From Octopus sinensis (taxonomy: Eukaryota), in contig NC_042999.1 in assembly GCF_006345805.1 (NCBI RefSeq), positions 54,188,001 to 54,252,000 of the forward strand: a DNA stretch of 64,000 nt, given 5' to 3'. Of the stretch, positions 39,559 to 51,342 are shown piece after piece. The notes under the pieces are model-generated. The model was not told the DNA's origin. It did no database searches and worked only from the letters and a program-made list of their open reading frames with translations. The number at the start of each line of letters is the position of its first letter. Within the stretch, counting starts at the first letter, position 1. The position numbers and the translations under genes are program-made.

Positions 39559-41109
39559 TAAATGCAAATATTTTTGTATTAAATCAGCACTATTACATCA
39601 GACCTATTACCAGAGATGTTCCAGTCGTGGCCATTCCATATTTTCATTGGTATCGTGAGAGTCATTTCTTTATTTAAGACAGTACAATTTGGTTTGCAAG
39701 AGATATGAATCTTATCTCTGGAAGGTCTATTGGTCACGTAGGGTCGTGCTTCTCAAATACTTCTCAAACTGACGAATACTGAACCCTCAGCAAAATGTAT
39801 TTCAGAATTTTTTTTTTTTGCAGCTCCTTTCTTTATTAATAAGAACACAGAATAGGGTCTATACCAGTATAATTTTCCTTTCTTCTCTGTGGTGTTGAGA
39901 AAGGTTAACACCATCATTATTTTACCCCAACATTTTTCAGCCCTCAAATCCTTTTTCCTATGAGAAACATTGAAGTACAGGACCCTCATTCACCGTTGGA
40001 TGAGGTTTTAAAAACAGACAACATTAAGATGTTTACCTCAATCTGAAAATTCTTCTAAATATTCTACATACTTATATTATCTATCAATCATTTAAAGAGT
40101 CAGGTATGTGATGCTATGATTAGCCTTAAATAATGTGATGAGTCTTAAATAATTATTAATTTTAACTACTACGAAAGTCTTAAAAATCATGATTAGTCTT
40201 AATATTAGAAAGTTGTGTATCTAGAATTATCGTAATGTTTAACTGTCATTGTCATAATTTAATTATGCCTACACAGCTCTGTGATTAATTAATTATTGCT
40301 GTACAGGTCTGTGAGTAATTAATCTTGCAGTCAACGCCTGTCTTATACATCATGACATGAATCAGAATTAAGAATTTCTGATTTGCTACAAGGTCACGTT
40401 TCGGGGCCAGAAATAAATACCCACATAAACACGTCCTGTGCTTAACGAGTATCAATTTTTCTCGACCATACATAGTTGCATGATCTGCTAGAAATAACAG
40501 CTAAATATTCCTCAAATCGAACTCTACTGTTTAGAAAAGACCATATAACATGTGTCCTCGTTTGTTTCGGGGATTTGGTTAAAAGAAAAAAAGACGCAGT
40601 GATAAAAGAAACACCTCCATGCACTTTGTAAATAGAACAAACAATAGATTCATTTACATCAAGCTCGTGGCCTAAAGCAGTGAAGCTTCCACTGTCACGT
40701 AATTTCTTGTTCTTGTCTTCTACTTCCTGTACTGAATACACTCATCTGTGTTGTTTGTTAAAACCAGGTGCTTTCATATTTTTTTTTCTGTTTACTCTTC
40801 CCATGTCGATGGTTATGAATACGTCAATTTGTGTAAAAGAAATACGCCGCCTCGCACACGGTGATGTAAACACAAGAGATACACAGTGCATTCTTGATAG
40901 TTGAGTATTGTGGGTGATCGATGCGGCGTACTTTTTGTGGTGCAAACAGAACCTTCAGTTGATCACCGACCCGTGTGAGCACAAACCAGTCCATGATAAA
41001 CGTAACATGGTTCACAATTGAACGAACCGTGTTATTCTGGATCAGTGATGAATGAATCTGTAAGAAACAAGGCTACACATGTCGTATGGTGTAATACAGT
41101 CTCCAGTTA

Positions 41110-41877
41110 TACGAGATGCATTCAAAAAGTATCCGACTCTGTTTCTTCTCGCCAAAGTTATTGCTGCGTAGGCAAAATCCTTCAGGTGGGAGGTGACACT
41201 ACCTTTGCTGCGCACGTGTGGACATTTTCGCGCCGGTACACCGCGTAAGATCCCGGCTGTTACACTTAGAGTACAGACGTGTAGTGCGCGCTTGTCGCAT
41301 TTTCATTTTCACCGAACGCACCGAGCAGAGATATTGCACCAAGCGTTACCAAAACCTCAGTGATACTCAAGCTCAAACCGTCCAGAAGATTCAGCAGGCC
41401 TTTGGCGATGATGTCTTGGACGAAACTCAGATCAAGGAATGGTACAACGGCTTCAAACACGACCGCCCTTTAATGGAGAACAAGGCAAGATCAAGCAAGA
41501 CATTCAGAAGCCGAAATCGAGGGGCAGGTTGAGAAGGTCCTGTGAATAGTCATGGAAGATCGTCATGTAACAAACCAGGATATTACTCAGGAAGTGGGAA
41601 TAAGCACAGCATCAATTAACTCCATTTTAACACGGAGGGTTTTGCGCATGCGGAGTGTGTCGGCGAAATTCGTCCCCCAAGGTGCTGGCGGACCAGCAGA
41701 AGAAACTCCGCAAGTAAATCGATCAGAACATGCTGGACTGTGCAAACCATGACCCAGACTTCATGAAGACCATCGTCACAGGTGATGAGACATGAGTTTA
41801 TGGTCACTGCTCTCTGTGTTTGAGCATCTTGTGTGAAAACGAAAATCCGATGAACGCGCACCACATCTCTGTACTTA
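41110..41877 (+). mobile_element. Mariner relic: 5' TIR, transposase N-half, then an inverted copy of its own 5' region
   Basis: TA|CGAGATGCATTCAAAAAGTATCCGAC; EQRYC..IQQAFGDD..QIKEWYNGFK; VSAKFVP; FMKTIVTGDET*VYG; 41807-41877 is an inverted homolog of 41268-41340. Confidence 0.85.
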
Positions 41878-42309
41878 GACCCAGTGACAACAATGTCGTT
41901 GAACCCAGGAAGAATGAAAAGTGAAATCTAACTTGGCAGAATTTGAAAACCTGAATGTAAATTAATGCAAATAATTATGAAATTTTGTCCTGAAGTGCCC
42001 CACACACTCCACTAACCCCTAAACTGCGTAAAATGTAATTAAACAGTCCATTGACAGTATTACTATACTAGTCCATTGACAGTATTACTATACCCGTCAT
42101 ATGATGGATAACTCTGCTTGTGTAATTTTAAGAGCATGTCAGGATATAGGACAATACATGCCATAATTATATTTTACCTTTAATTAAGTTTACTGGTGTT
42201 AATACAAAATTAAAAAAAATATTAAGTTTGAAAAGAAATATATCTAAATAAAATATATGTGTGTAGGTACGTATCGTTCAATGCATGTGTATATGAATGT
42301 ATGTATATG

Positions 42310-42530
42310 TTTGTGTGTGCTTGTCTTTGTGTTTATGTTCCTGCTATAGTTTGACAACCGATATTGGCTTCTTTACGTCCTCGTAACTTAGCAGTTTGCC
42401 AACGAGACTGATAGAATAAGTATCAGGTTCAAAATAAGCTCCTGGGGCGATTTGTTTGACTAAACCTTTTAAGTCGGTGCTCCAGCATGGCCGCAGTCCA
42501 ATGACTGAGACGAGTAAAAGAATAAAAGAT
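42310..42530 (+). mobile_element. SINE family A, 3' half
   Basis: GGTGCTCCAGCATGGCCGCAGTCCAATGACTGAGACGAGTAAAAGAATAAAAG tail. Confidence 0.8.
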
Positions 42531-42574
42531 AACATAAATTCCTCATTTGTCTAACTTCTTCCGTAATTAATCAT

Positions 42575-42950
42575 TTGTTACTCCTCCTTCTCCACTTCAT
42601 CCTCTTCCCCTCCTCATCTTCCAATCCTCCTCTTCCCCTCCTTTCCCCTCCTTCCTACTATTACTACTCCATCCTCCTCTTGTCCCTCCTCTCCTCCGCC
42701 TCTTGCCTCCTGTTCTCTTCCACTTGCCATTCCTCGCTTTCTCTTCCTTCTCTTCTTCTTCCTCCTCTTCTTCTCCTCTTCCCCTCTTTCTCTTCCTCCT
42801 CTTCTTCTCTTCCCCTCTTTTTCCCCCTCCTCTTCCCACTCCGCTTCTTCCCCTCCTCTACTCCTCCTTTTTCTCCTCTTCCCCCCTCTTCTTCCTCTTC
42901 TTCATCCTCCTCTCCTTCCTCCCTTCTTTACTCCCCCCCCTGTATATTAC
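42575..42950. repeat. Polypyrimidine/polypurine (CT-rich) low-complexity tract
   Basis: ~375 bp almost entirely C/T on the + strand. Confidence 0.9.
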
Positions 42951-43157
42951 TCCCTCATCAGCCAAAACCATGTAAAGCATGAGTGGAGAAAGCGAGCAAC
43001 CAACCAACATTTGCTTCGGTTAATATTGGTTTCAAATTTTGGCACAAGGCCAGCAATATCAGGGGAAGGGGTAAGTTGGTTACATTGACTCCCCCCACCC
43101 GTAAATCAACTGGTACTTTTTTATCGCCTTAACACCGGTTAATATCATCCAAAGATT

Positions 43158-43348
43158 TAAGGCAACGAGCTGGCAGAATTGTTAGCACGCCGGATAAAAT
43201 GCTTAGCTGCATTTAATCCGTTCTTACGTTCTGAGTTCAAATTCTGCCGAGGTCTTCCTTGCCTTAAAATCATTTCGGGGTCGATAAAATAAAGTAACGG
43301 CTGACCATTGGTGATCGAAATAATCAACATAGATATCTCACCGGACTT
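43158..43348 (+). mobile_element. SINE family B, diverged copy
   Basis: GGCAACGAGCTGGCAGAATTGTTAGCACGCCGG..GTTCTGAGTTCAAATTC; a - strand 3' fragment lies immediately upstream (43025-43130). Confidence 0.8.
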
Positions 43349-43353
43349 GCTGG

Positions 43354-43389
<36 letters not shown>

Positions 43390-43591
43390 GCGCATATACA
43401 TAGATATAGAGACCAAGTTACAGGTGCAGGCAGCCACCTGGCCAACGGTTACCTTCAGTCAAGTCCACTCAATTGCAAGAATTGGGTCGCGTTTCCCGTA
43501 TTTGGATAACTTCCTGCCTTCATGCTACTTCTCTTGGACATCCTCAAAGGGGTCGTCGGTGTAATCCTTCCGCCTCTCATTGAACGAGCAA

Positions 43592-43624
<33 letters not shown>

Positions 43625-44419
43625 AGCAACAACAACAACGCATCTATACATACATGGATGTGTATATGAGTATATACACAAACTTAATAAGGTATAAATG
43701 TACTCACAGATGTATGTGTGTGTTTGTACGAATAATCGCTTCCTCTGAGTTCTGGAAAACGAAGATTGAAAGTCTGAGCATCAGATTCACACACATACAC
43801 ACACACACACATAGACAGAGAGAGAGAGAGAGAGAAAGGGGGAGAGAGGGAGAGAAAAGATACACATACACGCAAACACACACATACTCACACATAGTAA
43901 TGTATAACGGGAGAGAGAGGGAGAGAGAGAAAGAGAGAGAGAGAAAAATGGATAAATGAAGATTGATAGAGAGAGAGAGAGATAGAGAGACAGACAGATG
44001 GACAGATAGATAGATAGATAAAGAGAGAGAGAATGAGAGGAGAGAGGAGAGAGAGAGAGAGAGAGAGAGAGAAAGGTGGTGAGAGAATGGGAGTGAGATA
44101 AAGAGATGAGATGACCGATAATTGTATTCAACGTGTGATGTTTAGTGATGTGTATGAAAGAGTTTTCTGTTCGACTTACTTCGAATGTCTGTCTAGTCAA
44201 TTGTATAACAGTATGTGTCAGGTGTTTTAATTATAGACAGACACCTGTCAGGCGTTCAATCTATTTAAGGGGTGGAACACACAAACTAAAGATCGCGCAC
44301 AACTCAATATAGAAGCGGGATGAAACACTTCCGATGTGGTGCACTGGAAGTATGCAACGGGAATTTCACCTTAAATAAATACATTGCCAGATAAAACGAA
44401 GTTGTTCGTTCTTGCTCTC

Positions 44420-44748
44420 GATATAATTTAAAACGCTGGGCGAAAATGCGTAGCCGTATTTCGTCTGTCGTTGCGTTCTGAGTTCAAATTCCGCCGAGGT
44501 CTTCTTTGCCTTAAAATCATTTCGGGGTCGATGAAATAAAGTAACGACTGACCATTGGTGATCGAAATAATCAACATACACATCTCACCGGACTTTGCCT
44601 TTCATCCTTTCGGGGTCGATAAATTAAGTACCAGTTGCGCACTGGGGTCGATGTACTCGAATTAATCCGTTTGTCTGTCCTTGTTTGTCCCCTCTGTGTT
44701 TAGTCCCTTGTAGGCAATAAAGAAACAGATATAATTTAAAACGCTGGG
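44420..44748 (+). mobile_element. 5'-truncated SINE family B with 21-bp target-site duplication and an 89-bp templated insertion
   Basis: GATATAATTTAAAACGCTGGG at 44420-44440 and 44728-44748; insertion 44502-44590. Confidence 0.85.
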
Positions 44749-44840
44749 TGTACACACACACACACACACACACATACACACAATGATAAAAAGATTTTTA
44801 CATTAATCTGTTGGGCTACTCTATAATTCCTCTATAATCA

Positions 44841-45680
44841 CGCGACGGTCGGCTGGAAAGTCCATAAGTTGACCAAGGTACTCTCAGGGAATGTGACAAA
44901 ATGAGGTTTATTTTTCAACACAGTCCGCCTTATGGTGCACACATTTATCCCATCGGTGTTGCACTGATTGGATCCCTTGGATCCCATTGATGAAGAAGCT
45001 TCCATCCTGTTGATCACAAAAATTCATCACCAGCAGATATGACGTCATCATCACTGCGAAACTGATTCCCAGCCGAGTGCTTTTTTTTATTATGTTGGGG
45101 AACAGATGATAGTCAGATGGGGCCAAATCAGGAGAATAGGGAAGATGATCAACCATTTCAAAGCCACAGTCACGCACAGCAGCCCTTGAAATGAGGGACT
45201 TGTGCCCCGAAGCATTGTCCTGATGAAACCAGACCTCTTTCGTCAATTTTCTCAGCTGTTTGGTCTTGATAGCCTTCCGTGACTGCCTCAGCACGTTGGC
45301 ATAGTGTTCTCCATTGAAGGGTGGTCCTTTTGACGATAGTCAATAAATACAATGCTTTTTGCATCCCACCAAACTGAGGCCATCACATTCCCTGCAAATG
45401 AAACGGACTATTTCTTTGTCTCTGGCTCAGCATGATGAAGCCAAAATTCATCATGGCTTAGAAAACGTTCAAGGAAACCAGCTGGATCTGCCTCAAACAA
45501 TGTCAGATTTTTCCGTGATGGGATCAGCCTCATGCGCTTTTGATCAAATGTCAGAAGACCCACCGAGCAGAAACGTTCGTCATGTCAACTTGATTGTGCA
45601 TAATATTCTCAACACTCTCAGGGGAAACGCTAATGTCTTGGCTTTTTCACTTATGGTCAATCGCATATCATCCAACACCG
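44841..45680 (-). mobile_element. Mariner (DD34D-type) transposase pseudogene, 5'-truncated
   Basis: FHQDNASGHKS..VDHLPYSPDLAPSDYHLFPN (YSPDLAP motif); upstream - strand VSARWV; TIR-like CGACGGTCGGCTGGAAAGT at the left end. Confidence 0.85.
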
Positions 45681-46190
45681 TGTGGTGGCTGGGTTGTCGG
45701 TGATTAAACCAGCCCCCCACCAGGCTACCATGGTGAGGAGAGTGGCTAAAACCTCAGCAGGATTAAAAACAAGACCTGTTGAAAAGTCGGATGAACCCAG
45801 TGCAGGCTCAACGGTTATCTAGCAATAGCACGGGAACGCAGAAATTCCAGGATAGTGGCTGGCGTGACAGAAGACTACTGGGAGTGAGGTACTCGTCAGC
45901 TTCTGTTGAAGCATGTCTTTAGGAGGTTACTCTGCTATTAAACCAGATATGCAGGGAATAGGGTTGGAAATTTTAGGGGTCTTTGGTTTGTGCTAAAGAT
46001 GATGGCGCTCCCACACCCCTGAGCCTGCGACTCATATTGGCACCAGACATTTCACTCTGGCTTATCTCTGGATAATGTTAATAGAATGGAGAGGGCCTAT
46101 GAGGTATCGTGCTACTCTCATTGAACCTAAAACTCTGACCTCTGCTCGATATGTCTTTTCACCCCACTATATATACATACATACATATAT

Positions 46191-46249
<59 letters not shown>

Positions 46250-47340
46250 ATATATATATAATGTATGTATATATATTATTTTCAGTATATACTTATCTTA
46301 TTTTTAGTATATATTTATTTTATTTTTATTCGGAAGTCCTCCGGCGATGGGAAGATGGAAGATGGTGAAGCATGCAGAACTGACGGGTTGGAAGCATGTA
46401 GTCAGCGACCCGCACGTAGGCGGCCCATGTTAGATATAAGGTCGTCTCCTCGTCGCCCAAGACAGCGGTAGAATTCGGTTGTTGCATGGGTGTCTGAGCA
46501 GCTCCGTTTGGAGAGGGCATTGCTCACCCGGAGGCCGGGGAGGTTCTAGAAAAGGTGAACCAAAAATTGCCTGTCTTTCTATATCTGGTTAGTTTAGCGC
46601 GACTAACGGATGTCCATCCTGCGGTCGAAAAACAGAGACTTTTTTATACAAAATTTCTGTCTCCATGGCTTGCCTTCAAATCATAATGTATCTCCTTGCG
46701 TTGACCAAGACTCGAATCAATGTTCAGAAGGCACCGTATTCATTTTATCAATTTTCGCCTCCCCACCTCACCCGCCAGCTGGAGCCTCTTGCCACGATTA
46801 CCATGTTACTTTGTCGGCTTTTTAGACAAAATATTTTTTTCTCAGTTTCTAACGTTTTCTGACAATCTAAATTCCTTTGCCGTTCTACACTTATTGTTGT
46901 GTTCAGCTATAAAGCTGTCTCTTTTTAATTCCTGCTGACAGCTAACATGGGCCTGAAACGTCCACACACAAAAAAAAACTCAGTTTGGACTAAGAGCAGC
47001 GACAATCAGATTACATAAACTCAGTTGCCAGTTGATAGTTCTCTGTTCCGTTTCAAATGTTGATTTGTATTTCTGTTCTTATTTTATTTCATAAAATATT
47101 CTGGGTAAATCAGAGCGGGAAAATTTATGCCACAGAAAAAAGGAAAACAAACTGGAAAAAGCAGCCTTTAAAAACAGAAAACAACTACTGTCACTAATGA
47201 GACGTTTCTTTTAACCAATAGCTTCCCAGAAGGGAAAGCATTAACGAATCTGCAGACAAATAAATATATTATTGTAAATTTTATTGTTGCTCAGTTTCTT
47301 GCAAAACTGATTAACAGTTCTACATGATATATATAATGTA

Positions 47341-47534
<194 letters not shown>

Positions 47535-47699
47535 CATATATATATATATACATACAAAGCAGCAGCAATATAACAAACAATAAAGCATATTACTCTACCT
47601 CTGGTATTTGAGTACTTTTTTTTTCCACCTTGTTTCAGATTTATGTGCTTACTCTGGTATATATATATATTATATATATATATATATATAAAATATTGT

Positions 47700-47870
47700 G
47701 ATCCCTTCTCGGTATCTTTCCTTCTCCTTTGTTTCCGACGAAGAGCTCCGCTCGAACGTTAAACCCTCCTTCCCTTCTTTCCTGAGCGTCAAATAATACT
47801 TTAATTGTTCCACGTCCTCGCGCTGCTGTGTTTTTTCTGTGTTTTCTTGTTTGGATTAACTTTATATATA
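47700..47870 (+). mobile_element. Penelope-like remnant with degenerate hammerhead (47731-47764)
   Basis: GTTT-CCGACGA-A-GAGC TCC GCTC-GAA-CGTTA-AAC; one A of GAAAC is missing; downstream part is shared with 2244-2340. Confidence 0.6.
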
Positions 47871-47936
47871 TATTAACTTTATATATATATATATGTGTGT
47901 GTGTGTGGTGTGTGTGTGTGTGGTGTGTGTGTGGTG

Positions 47937-47967
<31 letters not shown>

Positions 47968-47980
47968 TTATGTATGTATG

Positions 47981-48031
<51 letters not shown>

Positions 48032-48037
48032 TATATA

Positions 48038-48692
48038 TACGAGGTCTGATTATAAGTATCAGGACTCTTGCCATTGTAACGAAATTAAATTGCGCAGAGT
48101 GAAGCGCTGCTTGGCAAATTTTGACCTTGAACTCTGTCGTGCATGCGCATTAAGTGTTAACGTTCTAGGAGATCCGCAACCGGCAAAACTGAGAAAAACA
48201 TCGCAGATGTACGTGCAGCTGTGGAGGGAAATCGTCAAATCACCATCCGTGAGTTATCAGAGGACGCGCAGACTAGTTACGTTTCAGTTCAGTCCATTAT
48301 CACGTGTCTGCCAAGTTTCTGCCAAAACCGCTTTCACCTGACCAAGAGGACACTCGGGTTTCCGTTGCTCAAGATCTCTTTGATTCTGTCGAGAACGATG
48401 AAAACATTTTGAAAACTTTGCATAGGTCTCTGAGCAGGTATCGCCAAACTTTTGGCAAAATTCGACGCAGATTCTCTGCTGAACTTTCCCTATCATAGTC
48501 AATGAGACGATCACACGTTACTCACTTTCCTTCGAAGCATAGCACTAAACAGCGAACGTGAGCGAGAACGTTAAAACTTAGTGTACATACGCAACAGAGT
48601 TCAAGGTCAATCTGTGGCAAGAAGCTTCACGTATGCGTGCTTTAGATTCGTTACTATGGCAACAGTCTGGATACTTATTCATCAGATTATGT
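48038..48692. mobile_element. Mariner-derived element with two inverted 5' ends (~130-bp TIRs)
   Basis: TA|CGAGGTCTGATTATAAGTATCAGGAC.. vs ..GTCTGGATACTTATTCATCAGA; + strand NRQITIRELSED..SAKFLPKPLS..DENILKT; - strand KVQQRICVEFCQKFGDTCSETY. Confidence 0.85.
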
Positions 48693-48726
48693 GTGTATAT
48701 ATATGCGAACATCGAGAGTAAGTGCT

Positions 48727-48993
48727 CGTTTAGCGAACCGCTGGATTATTCTATCGATATCGCATGGCGAAGAGTTAAGTTATTCTATTGATCCTGTTTA
48801 GCGAACCGCTAGATTATTCTATCGAAATCGTTATCGATCTCCTTTGGTGAACCGCTAAATTATTTTATCGATCACGTTTGATGAACCACTAAGTTACTTT
48901 ATCGATATTTTTTCGCGAACCGCTAAGTTATATTATCGATCTCCTTTGGCGAACCACTATTCTATTTTATCGACCTCCTTTGGCAAACCGCTA
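48727..48993. repeat. ~34-bp minisatellite derived from SINE family A, ~7-8 degenerate units
   Basis: Unit GCGAACCGCTAAGTTATTCTATCGATCTCCTTTG approximates the reverse complement of the SINE segment TAACTTAGCGGTTCGGCAAAAGAAACCGATCGAATAA (25285-25321). Confidence 0.8.
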
Positions 48994-49328
48994 GTGTGGA
49001 AAATAAATTTAATTTCTTTGCTGAATTAAAGAATGCCATCAAACTATATTACTAGTATCTTTATCTTAACGAGTAATAAATTAGCGGTTAATTTTGGTCA
49101 GCAGCACTTATCAGACAAATATCGAAACATCTTGAATGTGTTTATGGTACCCATCAGATTTGAAAATAGAAATCACTGTTATTCTGTTTATTAATACACT
49201 TCAGTGGAATCACTATGCAAGAAATTTTAACCTGTTATAATTGATTGGTAATATATATTGGGAAACAGTCAACCCATACAAATCTTCTTTGTCTAACCAC
49301 TCAAAGCTAATTCAATGTTTATTTTCTA

Positions 49329-49944
49329 AGGCAGCGAGATGGCAGAATCATTAGCACGCCGGACAAAATGCTTAGCTGTATTTCGTCTGCCGTTACGTTC
49401 TGAGTTCAAATTCCGCCGAGGTCGACTTTGCCTTTCATCCTTTCGGGGTCGATTAAATAAGTACCACTTACGTACTAGGTCGATGTAATCGACTTAATTC
49501 CCTTGTTTGTCCTCTCTATGTTTAGCCCCCTGTGGGCAATAAAGAAATAAAACAAAAACGTTTGCACGCCGGGCGAAATGCTTAGCGGTATTTCGTCTTC
49601 CGTTACGTTCTGAGTTCAAATTCCGCCGAGGTCGACTTTGCCTTTCATCCTTTCAGGGTCGATTAAATAAGTACCAGTTATGCACTGAGGTCGATATAAT
49701 CGACTTAATCCGTTTGTCTGTCCTTGTTTGTTCCCCCTGTGTTTAGCCCCTTGTGGGTAGTAAAGAAATAGGTATTTCGTCAGTCTTTACGTTCTGAGTT
49801 CAAATTCCGCCGAGGTCGACTTTGCTATTCATCAATCCGGGGTCGAAAAGTTAAGTAACACTTGCATACTGGAGTCGATCTAATCGACTTCTCCCCCCAC
49901 CCTCCCCAAAGATTTCGGGCCTTCTGCCTATAGTAGAAAAGAAT
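49329..49944 (+). mobile_element. Head-to-tail array of three SINE family B copies
   Basis: TTACGTTCTGAGTTCAAATTCCGCCGAGGTCGACTTTGC three times. The GCCTTTCATCCTTTCGGGGTCGAT..AAGTACCA core resembles the MetaSINE domain (from recollection, not checked). Confidence 0.85.
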
Positions 49945-50423
49945 ATGTTTACGTTCTATCGCTAATGAATATAGCCTGTACTCCACCGGTTGTATCGCCT
50001 ACTCATTTCAGATACGGTCATCTTGGACTTACACCATCAATACACCACGTACATATTCATGACACATCTTCTTTACTTTGTTACAGATAATTTCAAATGA
50101 CATGCACGATCTCTGTGGACTTCATTAGACACAGTTCTCTGCTGAAAACGGCGCACCGCAACGGCGCGTTCATAATGGTTCTCCTTGATAGCAAACTTAA
50201 ACAAATACGGCTTTCAAGTGCAGGCCCCCTCGTAGGTCCCTTATATACTTTACTGATTGACATTTTATGAAATACTAGTCATTGTATCTGGAGACAAATT
50301 AATGTCTCTTTAAGACTGTTTTTCCTCATAACACAGTTATATAGGCCTAATTCAGAGAACAAAATTAATTCAAATTTAAAACGAATAACTGTAAATGAAA
50401 ACAAATTAAACAGATATTTACAG

Positions 50424-50571
50424 TTTACATTATTTACATTTGATGGATATTTGTCCTCATCTTGTTTGTTGTTAACACAACGTTTCGGCTGATATCAGGT
50501 GCATATGGCGTAGTGGTTAAGAGCGCGGGCTACTAACGCCAAGATTCCGAGTTCGATTCCAGGCAGTGACT

Positions 50572-50604
<33 letters not shown>

Positions 50605-50840
50605 TAATAATAATAGTAATAATAGTAATAATAATAATAATAATAATATCGAAAAATACCATAGGAATAAGAACCCAGATTCGAAATTTCCCCAAGACAC
50701 CTGATGAAGGCAGCAGGATATATCAGCCGAAACGTTGTGTTAACAACAAACAAGATGAGAACAAATATCCGTCAAATGTAAATAATGTAAATAAGGTAAA
50801 TAATGTACATAATTCCTCATCTCTTAAATATAGAACTGTA
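50424..50840 (+). mobile_element. Chimeric non-autonomous retroelement: inverted 3' copy + tRNA-like head + (AAT)n + hammerhead-bearing Penelope-like 3' end
   Basis: 50424-50495 is the reverse complement of 50720-50791; A box TGGCGTAGTGG (50506-50516); B box GAGTTCGATTCC (50549-50560); (AAT)n 50574-50647; hammerhead 50696-50741. Confidence 0.75.
50696..50741 (+). ncRNA. Minimal type-I hammerhead ribozyme motif, intact core
   Basis: GACAC-CTGATGA-A-GGC...GCC-GAA-ACGT-T-GTGTT: 5-bp stem I, palindromic ACGT stem III, GUU triplet. Confidence 0.75.
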
Positions 50841-51276
50841 GATAATTACTGTGTTTTATTTGAATATCTGTGACTTAATTTGATCGAGTTTGTCTAATTT
50901 TGTTCTTCACACCATAAATACTGCAAATTCTACGTAGAAATGTTTTGAAATCATGACTGATGCTGAGATGTCTATTCTTTACTGCTAATACTTTACAGCC
51001 AGGTGACCCTCGGTAGAAAGTAGGAATTGATAAATTTTATTATGCTTTCGTTAATTTTGTGGGGATGTCAATGTAGCTGTGGACATACGTTGGTATTGTC
51101 TTGGCCCTTTTGGTGGGAGTATAATATTCAGGATGTGATCGCTATGGGAAGTGAGGGCCACACCAGCATCCGAGTGGTACTCTTTACAACCGAGTAGACT
51201 GAAGCAGCTTGTAATGAAATTCCTTGCCAAAGTTCTTCACAAAATAAATAGGAATTCACACACACACACACACATA

Positions 51277-51307
<31 letters not shown>

Positions 51308-51310
51308 CAC

Positions 51311-51342
<32 letters not shown>

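Noticed and set aside
42045-42093. 25-bp tandem duplication containing CAGTATTA
   Set aside because: Ordinary short duplication; a seed-match interpretation needs a transcript
45680-46168. Named LINE 5' UTR or HDV-like ribozyme truncating the mariner
   Set aside because: Looks like an inserted repeat, but I could not fold an HDV pseudoknot or assign a family by eye
48727-48993. CRISPR-like array
   Set aside because: Units are contiguous with no unique spacers, derive from a SINE, and the context is eukaryotic
50087-50270. + strand exon after a good pyrimidine tract/CAG
   Set aside because: All three frames from the acceptor stop within 14 codons; the internal short ORF is unrecognisable
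50498-50572. Functional tRNA gene
   Set aside because: A and B boxes are present, but acceptor and anticodon stems do not pair and there is no oligo-T terminator; treated as a SINE-type head
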